DNA of 31,924 bases from Seison nebaliae. Its lineage: Eukaryota. How positions within the stretch are numbered: position 1 is the stretch's first letter; each line of letters opens with the position of its first letter. The notes beneath the pieces are model-generated. The model made no database searches, was not told the DNA's origin, and worked only from the letters and a program-made list of their open reading frames with translations. The stretch covers positions 62,001-93,924 of the forward strand of contig JALJEE010000562.1 of assembly GCA_023231475.1 (NCBI GenBank), written 5' to 3'. This document shows positions 21,801-31,924 of the stretch, piece after piece. The position numbers and the translations under genes were made by a program.

Positions 21801-24800
21801 ATGATTGTTCATCATTGTGGTGGTGGTAGTGGGAGTGGAAGTAGATAAAGTTAATTTTAATTTTTCCATTTTTTCATGAATCGATTTGTGAGTTAGATTG
21901 AAGCGAAGAAGACGTGATATCTGATTGAAATTGAAAGGATTCGATTGGAAGAATAAACTCAAATAAAATAATTTCTTCTCATTGAAAATTGGAGAATGAT
22001 AGAGTGTGGCAGTGGGAGCACCCGATGGAACGAGTGGAATAAAAGAGAAATTGTTCGATATATAATTCATGGAATATTTGTGGAGGAAGTCGTAATAAGT
22101 TTTCTGATGGAAATTGATGGGCGATTGAAGGAAATCTTTTAATTTCGGAAATTCCACAACATCCTCCTGTCCAATCGATCCTCCAAATTTATGAATATTT
22201 CGATGATTCGTCGAATAGATCTTATAAATGAATCCATCACTCTCCTCTAAACCGGAGGATGTTGAAACGATTTTACAAAAGAATAATTGTAAACGTATTT
22301 CATCCAATTCTGAATTGATGATTTGAGATCGATGAATTTCTTGAAATAAATGTTCATTACTTTTCCGATAATTGGCAGAAAATAAATGATCATTCATTGG
22401 TAATAAATGATTATGGAAATCAGTTGATGTCTCCAAATTGGATGATGATAAAAGATGAATCGTTTCTAATAAAAGATTAATTGATGAATGATCAAAATAG
22501 AAAAGTGATGAATAGAGAAGCATATCTCCACCATTATCGATTTGACGTTGAATAAAATTATTTTCACAAATTAATCGTTTCATCGTTATAATTGATGAGA
22601 ATGCTGACAACTCTTCCAAATGCGTCACCATATTACTATAACACATATTTGTAAATCGAATATGATCCACATCGTCGTACAAGAAGATTTCTGGTGGAAT
22701 AAAAAATAATGAATCAAATTTCTCATTTTCATTCGTTGAACAATTCATCATCATCATATTATTGTTATTGTTATTGTTGTTGTTGTTGTTGTTGTTCATT
22801 AAATCGTGTTCTAATCGAACGAGATGTGATAAGGCGATGATGGAAAGAAGTGAAATGGAATTGATCGATTGATCCATTTTCTCGTTGATATGGAAATGAG
22901 TTGAATTTGTTAAAAATTGTATAAGACGAAATGAATAATAATCATGTAACGAGATAAATGAGATAGTTTGATTACTATTATTTCTCGAATAATGAGTAGC
23001 ATGATGAATTAATTTTAATGATTCATCGACAATTCCACCAAATATCGATCGATAAATTAACATTGTTATATGTATATGAATCGTTTGTCGATTCCATTCG
23101 ACTGATCTTCGACTTTTCCTTTTTCTCTTCTTCTTCACTTTCTTCCCCTCACCATCATTCATTTTGGTGATTGTAGGCGAATCAGGAATGGTGTTATCAT
23201 CCAAACGTTTCTTCTTCTCAATTTTCCTCTCACAATTATTTGAATTTCCCTCCACCAATTTTCGTTTCTTTCCAATTTTATTCGTTTCATTCATTTCCTT
23301 CTTACTGAAATGATCAGATATTGATATGAATAAATAAATGAATTCATTCACACTTAATAAGAAATATTCGAGTAGATTCCCAATGAATGTCATTAAATAA
23401 TAAATGAATCGTTCGAGAATATCAATATCGATTTGAATCGTCTCTCTCCATTCCTCTCCATTGCGCAACGAGAGTTCATTGAAAATTCTCGTTTTCAATT
23501 CTTGAAAATCTTCATTATTGTCGATACATAGAGATCGAATGAATGACAATAAATAACCGACAACATGTCTCCCATAAAAGGATCGATAAATAATTTCATT
23601 AAATATCAGATAATGATATTTCATTTCACAATCGTCTAAAAAGGATGGACGAGAGGACAAATGAAATAATTTCATAATTAATTGAGAAGTGAATTGGATG
23701 GCGTGTGTGAGATCACCTAACGGTTCTCGTTCTTTCAAATTATCGATAATTGTATCGATATCCTTTTGACGAATGACATCCTTGTCCAACTCTTTAAACA
23801 TATTCCATCGAACTGAGAAATCTTTCGGTCCCAAATAAATTTGTTTGTGTAACTTCTCCAAACTCCTTCCACCATTCTTCCATTCGATCACGTTAAATTT
23901 ATACGTCATCGTTAATTTTTTCAAAAATTCAAATTGAACATTCAACAAATGATCATCTACTCCTTCACTCGTGGTTAAGATGAGGAAATTCTGATGGAAA
24001 TAATTGAAAGATAATTTAGCGAATGATCTTTTAGTATTCGCTGCCGCTTCATTCGAATGCCGATAAAGATAAGCTTGCACTTGATTGAATTGTTGTGTTA
24101 AATTGAAATAGAGATCGATCCGATCCACCAGATCGTCATATTGGAGAATATCGTAGAATTCGGCAGAGACACATTGGAAGAATTCGTTGAGATAAACGTC
24201 GAGTAAACGAGTGAGAGATTCACGTTCATCATCCGAAAATTTTTCTTCTATTCTTATCGTTCGTCTTAATGTGGTGAGATAGAAAGTAATTGATGGTAAG
24301 AGTTGTATGAAGAAACTGATGAAAACGATTCGATCGCCAATTAGATTAGCGGATGTCAAACGAAATAATTGGAAAATGAGTTGAAGATGATTAATGGGAA
24401 TTAGTGGAAATGATTTATAGAAATATTGTTCAGTTTGTGTGTGTCGTTTCGGTAATTTCAATTTGGACTCTTTCGCTGTATTCAAAATTTTCATTTGAAT
24501 GAATTGGAATAAATTGTCGGATGATTTCTTAATATCTTTCGACGGAATTAACTTCTCAAACATTCCCATTTCATTCATTATTTTTCCTCCATAAATTCTC
24601 AAAAGATTCGTCTGATCGAACAAGGACAATTGGAGGAAAATGTCAAATAATCGTGCACGATTCCGATGAACATTCAAATGATCGATAGTGACACCTTTCC
24701 CATTGAACGAATTGGCTGAACGGAGAACTTGTTGTATATTCTTCCGATAATCGTTGACATCGATACAAGAATATGATTTAGATGAGAAGAAAATTTCGAA

Positions 24801-27205
24801 AATTTGTTTCTTTAAAATTTGTTGAATAATCATGGAATGAAGTCGTTTCTCTTCTCCAATTCCATAAATACAATTCATTCGTTCTTCGTGATCGAACTCG
24901 TTCAATTGAATGGGTAATTGTTTCATGAAGAATCGATGTAATTTCATATGATCCGTGAAATAATTGAGATGTTTCTTGAAATTATTCGCACAAATGAAAT
25001 GTCGAGTCGAATCATTAGGAAGTTGTTGAAGAAAAGGAATTTTCCGATATTGTTTTCCGTTGATAGGTTGCGATCCACCATGAATCAATAAATATTTTAA
25101 TTGTTCATTATAATTGAAGAAATCGGTGGTGTCATTGAGAACTTGAATGAAAGATATAAGAGAATGGATATTATATCGATAAGTGGAGAGATTATTAGAT
25201 TTTATGGAATGATCTGATGATATTGTTAATGATAATGATTGATCAATTCGTTCAAGCATATTGGAGAGGAGATATTGATTGAATGATTGATTGAGACGGA
25301 AATGTAAATCAAATAATCGTTTACATTTATATTTCATCAAACTCTCCATAATCTCTTCGAAATGTTCTTTGAGAATGTTGAGAATATTCAATCGTTCAAC
25401 ATGATCCGTATAGATGAATGTGAAAGGATAATAAATGATAGATAATGGAATGAATTTCTTTATGAATTTCCGTCGACAATTGGTGAGTTGAAGGAAGATG
25501 TAACATTGAAAACATTCGAATAATTCACTCACAATATTCACTCGACATTTCTCATAATTTCTCGAATTCCAATTAGTCATTGTTGCCCAATCGATAATGA
25601 GTTGGAAAAGTTCGTTGAATTTGTGGAAGAAATCCTCCTCCAAATTCTTCATCACTTCCAACAATTGTTCCATGAACATTTCCACAAATTTGAGTGAACA
25701 CATAAAATTATTAATTCCTTCCAAATCATCCAATTTTTCCTTATTCATCTCCTTCTCCTCCACAAATTGAGTGAAGACTGACGCCGTTATTGTTGATGAT
25801 GATTGATTCGTTTTGAATTTATTGATTGACATGTCCATTTCTAAATAGAATTTGATGGAATCGTTCAATATTCTCATATTGGTACCGTTCGCTAGGAATT
25901 GGAATAATCGTTCTTTGGTGACGGTGGGAGTGGAAGGAAATGTCTTGATCGATAAATCGAACTGATGACAGAAATCATTGAAAGTGATAGGCGGTGTTAA
26001 CGGAATAATATCGATTTGTGACGATTTCTTCTCATTCGTCATATCTTCCAATTCCATCATTTCATTCTTATTTGAATCGTTGAGAAGTCGATGAATATCT
26101 GATCGATATTTTTCCACATTTTCTTTAGTTAAAAGATTCTCGAAAAATTTAACCACCAACTGATATACATCCTTCACATTCAACAACATCTTCTTTATGA
26201 GAATTATATCGTCACAATTCGAATAAGAGAATTGATTATAATCATCTGTCATCGTCAATTGTTCTCCACTACGACGTCGTAATTCGACGAACGTATCCAG
26301 TAACTGATCACACAAATTATCGACACCTGATGGCGATTTGATGAATTGAGAGAGAATATGTAACAAATATGTTCGTTCGAACATTCGTTCATCATTCACT
26401 GACATCTTCAATTGACTGTTCCAAAGTTTGGAGACGTTGTTCGATCGTCTCAAAATTTCCATTTCAATCTTCGCCAAAACTTCTACATTCTCTTCGATAT
26501 CATCTTGTGATGGAATGGAGAGTATGGGCGGTGCCATCGGCAACTCATAAATATGACAAGGTAAATGATGTAAAGGAGAACAATCAACACCGTTATAAAC
26601 AAGAGCTGATGAACATCGAAGAGCAATGGAGAGGAGAAGATGTGACGATAAGAGAATGGTATTCCGATGGAGGAAACAGTTGTCATATCGAGAGAAGATG
26701 AAAGGAATATCGAAAAGATGAAGAATATTCTTTGGGAGATGATTATTCGATTCGAAAATTGATTGAAGTGTTTCATCGACTTCATTCGAATTTATTCCTT
26801 TATCATCACTCGTCGATTGAGTTTGGAATGATTTCAAAATGTAACGACGATGTTTCTCTTCGATTTCGTCGAACCAATCGAGAATAAATTCCATTTCTTT
26901 CCGTTTCAATCGATTAATCGATTTGTCTTCCAGGAAATTGGAGAGACTTCGATAACAATCGGTTGATATCTTCTTTTTGTCATCGAAGAAATTCTTGTGA
27001 TTTATTTGATTCATTGAATCATCTTCTCCATCTCCATCTATATCTTCTTTCACTAATTCATAATTATCAACTAATTTGATTAATGATAATAATGTCGATT
27101 CACAAGTCACTCCGATAGTATTTGGACAACGATTATTTGGCGATTCCATATGGAGTAAATGTTGATGATGATGAGAATGATGAGAATGATAATGATTTAT
27201 TCCAC

Positions 27206-27238
<33 letters not shown>

Positions 27239-28745
27239 TCGATGATCCAGTAGTTGATGTTGATATTCCTGTTGACTGTGTTGATGATGTTGATGATAAA
27301 GTGGAATTTCGAAGACGATAAAATTCATATCGAAGATAAATGAAATAATCCAAAACATTTCTTTTCCATCGTAAATCATCTAATTTATTCTGATGAATTC
27401 CATCCGATTCTGTTGTTGTTTCTTTCTTCTTTTCCGTCTTTCCATCATCTTCCAATTTCACTCGATATTCATTCAACGATTCAACAAATGATTTATGCAC
27501 ATTATTCATCACTCGATTCGATTTTAATTTCTCCAAATATTCACGTCGAGTTGGGAAATTCTGATCAGTCATTCTTCGTCGACCTCGTTCAATATCTTCC
27601 GCATATTTCGCCATAAACACCAACTTCACTGCATTGAAATATGAAACGACGAAATCTTGAAGGATCTTCCCGCATAATATCGCCATTTTACGTGCTACCG
27701 TTTCATGGTCCGTCAACAAATCAGCGAGCGGATACATTATCATAAGGAAGACGAACGTCTGAGTATCTGACGCTGAATGATAATCGTAAATTTGTAATAG
27801 ATCAGACAAGAATCTTCTCGGTACTGTCCCATCTTCCACCATCACTCTCGTATTCCTCATCAATTGGTCAAACTTTTTCAATTGACTATTGAGACCACGA
27901 GAAAAACTCTCATCACTTCTACCTCCTCCTCCCATACTCATGTTCATATTATCTTTATTCTCATTCATTAACAAATAAGATGTAATCGATTCACTTGTCG
28001 AATTCCGTTGATCATTATCATGAATTCGACTACTATGTTTCTCATTATTCGATGTATCGACATTTCCATAAGTGCCTGAATGATGGAAAGAATGACTCGA
28101 ACAATTTGATGTTGCTTTCATGTGGGATAATTCAGAAGCCATTCCATTTGTGTTCGTTGTCAAGACATGACGATCTGCTGCCTCTAAACAATTCGACAAT
28201 TCAACATAAATCTTTTTGAATTCTTCCACTAAACTGCTTTCACATGTTCGTCGTTTCGGTAATTTCATCATTTTATTATACCAACTCGAATAAGTACGTG
28301 ATGCACCTGTTCGATTACCTTTCAACGTTTCCAATTCTTTATAATTGACTCCTTTCTGCATTACTTCTCTTATGGGGAAAGTGAATTCAGAGAACTCACC
28401 CAATTTGGGTCCGTAGGCGATATCACGAGCCCATTTTTTCGGATGACCGATATCTGTCTCTCCTCGATTATTATATGGTGTATTACCATAAAGACAAACG
28501 AACACATCTGATATCATTCTCGCCATTTGAGACGAATCATAATCCGCATTCTGATCATTACCACGTCGAAAGAATGAATCGTGATTGTCCTGTAATTGTG
28601 AACAAAGAAATCCATGACGATAATGTTCTTCCGTTAAATTATTCTCTACACAATCGTCATGAGGATAATGTACGTTGGGAATCGTCTCGTAATTGTTGTT
28701 AAGAAGAGGACGAAGATTCTCTTCAAGATTCGCCGTTTGTTGCAT
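18024..28745 (-). CDS. MED12: Very large (3573 aa) uninterrupted ORF; probable highly diverged Mediator kinase-module subunit MED12 (kohtalo/DPY-22-like)
   Basis: A 10.7-kb stop-free frame in AT-rich DNA. The N-terminus ENLRPLLNNNYETIPNVHYPHDDCVENNLTEEHYRHGF...DNHDS resembles the conserved metazoan MED12 start (E-x-RPL...P-D-V-YP-Q-D...E-D-E-LT...GF...DEHGS, recalled). It has a long helical-looking middle, basic NLS-like stretches (KKVKKKRKRKSRR), and a Q/N/M/P-rich C-terminus like the MED12 PQL/OPA regions. Coding status is near certain; the identity is moderate. Confidence 0.62.
18773..18826 (-). repeat. (AAT)n trinucleotide repeat encoding ~18 Asn, one of many coding polyN/polyQ tracts in the MED12-like ORF
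   Basis: Uninterrupted (att)n on the + strand; (ttg)n polyQ tracts also occur at ~18305-18330 and ~19770-19823. Confidence 0.9.
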
Positions 28746-30289
28746 CTTCTCAATCTCCTATCACAAAGAGAAATTGGTTTGAATGCGTTCGAATTCGTTT
28801 GGAAAAAAAATTGAATGTCCAAATGAAATTTCAATTCCTTTTCATAATTTTCTCTTCTTCTGTTACAAGTAATTCCAAAATATACGATAAATATTCGATT
28901 CGATTCTACTTCTCCACATTCTTCAAATAATCTTTCTTTTTTCACCAATTCTCCTTCAACCAGATCTCGATGACTGATTCAAAGTAAATTCTGATAATGT
29001 TATATATGCGTATGTATTCCAAGATAAGAATTTATTTTCTATTTGAAATATTTATTTATTTATCTATTTCATTTTTTCATTAATCTTTCACAAATTCCTC
29101 CATCTCACTCACTGGTTTATGAAATTTAAAAAAAAAATTCAAAAATTTACAACACTTCGAATTTGAAGCTGTTCTTCCCTATATTCTATTTTATCTTCTC
29201 ATCTCTCACTAGTACACTCTTCGTCATCATCATCATTTTCATTCCTCTTATCAGTTCATACAACCAATCTATCTTTTAAAAACCACTTTTTCCAATCATC
29301 ATTTCTAATATCATAAAACTACTCCATTCTCTCATATTATACCATTCAATATAAAATTCAAATTGCCGCGATATATAGGATCAGTACTTACTGTAAATGT
29401 TGTGATTTGGACCTAATACCTAAACTTAAATCTTTTTGAACATTATTCAAATTATCATTCTTATTCTCTAAAAAAAGGAAATATGAGAACAAATGCTATG
29501 TGCAACATCTATATTAATACATTTCATCGATAAATTCATTCATGTTCTTCTAAACTATGAAAATTTAACTATAGCTTAACAATTATTAAGGTTCAATTCT
29601 TACATGTTTTCTTGAAGAATATATGAAATTTTAAGTGCGCTCAAAAGCGTGCAAATTTTGCGCTATAAACTCCACGAAAAATATTGTTTCACTATTTGTC
29701 AAATTAATGAAACTTTATATACTGAAGTTTTCGATAGTGACGATTTAAAAAAAAAAACAAACCGATATTTAAAATAAATTACGTTTAACTCGTAAACAGA
29801 ATTTCAACAAAGTTCAACAGTTACCTAATTTATTTTTTGTAGTCGAAATAATTATAAGGGATGAAAATTTTAGTATATTTCATTTTTAAGAAAATGACAG
29901 TTGAATCGTTATGGGCTTGTTAAAATATACGATATATAATCTGTTTGAAAACTCTTTTCATTAAGACCAACATAGCCTGAATAAAACTATTTTATTATTT
30001 TATACGACCTCGTAACTGTTAGATTACTTTAAGTTTCTACTGTATAAGTTTACATTTTAGTTAAGACAGTTATATGTTCGATATTCGAGACGCAATAAGT
30101 TTTCACAATCTAGTCAGTTAATCTACATTATTTGTCAATTAGTTGGTAAAAAGTATAAAGGAACTTAATATTTAAAATGTTGATTCGCAGATTATCGTAA
30201 AGTTGGAAGAAAACGAATAAAATAAAGTTTTGTGTACGGATGTTAAAATTTACAAATTAGTTTGAAGAAATTTGTTGACTATTTTAATT

Positions 30290-30731
30290 TTAACTTTCTT
30301 CATAAATATCCTCTCCCACAATATAGTCCTCGAGCTTGACGGTCGAAAGGAATTGATACCATATATCTTGTGCTTCTTGTTGATTCTGGGCAATTCGTTT
30401 GCCAACATACTCCCGAAATTTATCGTCAAACAACTCCATTTTGTCCAGTGGCATTTGTGCTAAAACGGGACTGAATAATGGAAAAAAGATATCCATATTA
30501 TCTAATATAAAGTTTTAATGATTAAATTCCAATGAAAAAGAGAACCTGTTTCTCTAGAAAGATCAGAATTCGTTTCTTCACCACCAACTGATTGTTCTGT
30601 GGTTATCTTTATCTGAAGATTGGAAATGTTTAAATTATTGATTGAATAAGAAAAAGGATAACACAATCAATCATCGAGAATTGAGTGAGAAATGGAAGAA
30701 GAAGAATGGGTATTAATCGAGGGACAATCAT
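30290..30731 (-). CDS. Small secreted protein (~101 aa), possible neuropeptide precursor; 3 exons: 30731-30663, 30612-30546, 30459-30290
   Basis: Two GTT..AG introns (50 and 86 nt) join MIVPRLIPILLLPFLTQFSMIDC (signal-peptide-like) to IKITTEQSVGGEETNSDLSRET and AQMPLDKMELFDDKFREYVGKRIAQNQQEAQDIWYQFLSTVKLEDYIVGEDIYEES* in frame. No homology support. The 3' end could splice onward from a gttaaa donor at 30294. Confidence 0.6.
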
Positions 30732-31924
30732 ATCGATGTGTTTCGATATATCATTATATTTGCAAAGAAAATTTTTATGTTAAAATTATTCTGAATTATA
30801 ATCATATTATATAATTATTGAAAAATGATCTATGTTAAATAATGTGACAATCATTATTAACACATTAGATTGAATAATTTGAAACTTTGTCACAACTACC
30901 GAAGAATTAAACGAAACTTAATGTTAAAAGTTAATGAAGCGGAGAGTATCCATCTGCATGAAAGTCAAAGTTACTATTTATGCGGCAGTTGTTTTCATAG
31001 AACCTTACGTATTATGAAGAACGAGTGATTAAGTGCATATAAGTACATGCTCAACAATAAGGAATATAATTTGACTGTATGGTTGAAAGTTGATTGAAAA
31101 AATAGAATATTCTTCTTTTATTTCTTTTTATTTATTACAAATCGCTAGGAGATAAATATAGAAGGAAATTTGATAACTCATACTATTTTAGGAATGCATA
31201 AAAATGTGAAAAATTCTGAAAAAAATTTTGGATGTATTATGTAAAACTAATGTTCTGGTTAATTAGAAATTATCATTGTTAAACTTCAGCAATCGTTATT
31301 GTCACGTCACGAAACCAAGTATAATTTTCATTTCTCGTTAAACTTTATAAACATTTTCGATCAAGATAATCATCAACATGACCTTTATTTTATATAATAA
31401 TTATTATGAAACGGAAATAGTTTTAAATGATTGAACATAAATAATTGTTCTTCCTAATAATAATTGTACATACAAAATTATAAATTATATCGTCAAACCT
31501 AAATACGAAATTTTCATTGTAAAATTAGTTCAATAATTATGAGTGCAAATTACCAATTTTATGAGAGTATTTAACTATTATATATATATTTATTCCAACA
31601 CGCCATGGCTTATGCTGACGATTTCGGGACGGGAATTTTAACCATCAAAAGAATTGTATAATAATAATCATATTGTATAAATATCATTTGTATACTATAC
31701 AAAGAAACTTATATTAATTTAGTTTGTTAGTATGTTAATTAAAAGGCTATTCTCATTGAAAAAATTTCAGAAAGAATCGATGAAATAGAATAATCTACTA
31801 TATAATATATATACCTATAAGTATAGGTCGATAAGTATAGTTTATACTTTTTTTTTTATAGAAACGCATAGAAAGATCTTAAAAATTTGCATCGTATTCT
31901 ATCAACTAAAGTTGAACTTTTCTT

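Noticed and set aside
18090..28948. Plus-strand polyLeu/polyIle ORFs and other overlaps with the giant ORF, including 28646-28948
   Set aside because: Antisense reads of CAA/AAT repeats and alternate-frame shadows.
30900..31924. Decayed ORF-like stretch (~30920-31040) and two 7-bp hairpins (~31813-31859) suggestive of a transposon remnant
   Set aside because: No transposase or RT motif, terminal repeats or target-site duplication; short AT-rich hairpins are expected by chance.
1..31924. Alternative genetic code, frameshifting or pseudogenisation as the cause of fragmented ORFs; snRNA/tRNA/rRNA genes; CRISPR arrays
   Set aside because: All breaks resolve as GT-AG introns, and TAA, TAG and TGA each end genes. 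No RNA-gene or repeat-spacer signature was seen by eye.

Overview
AT-rich, gene-dense animal genomic DNA, standard genetic code. The receptor type suggests a spiralian/lophotrochozoan, which is inference only. The ORF track is fragmented by small spliceosomal introns. Splicing by hand gives eight genes: (1) a nicotinic ACh receptor alpha-type subunit with a predicted anion-type pore (+, 2204-5627); (2) calumenin ending HDEF (-); (3) a CNG channel (-); (4-5) two tandem TMEM38/TRIC paralogs (-); (6) a DUSP23-like probable pseudophosphatase (+); (7) a 3573-aa uninterrupted MED12-like ORF (-); (8) a small secreted protein, possibly a neuropeptide precursor (-), largely missed by the ORF track. The strongest signal is the splicing grammar. 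All 27 reconstructed introns start with GTT, positions +4 to +6 are degenerate (G at +5 in only 6/27), 22/27 introns are 44-65 nt, and canonical GTAAG-type donors inside exons appear to be ignored. This points to an altered 5' splice-site recognition system. No RNA genes, CRISPR arrays or intact mobile elements were recognised.
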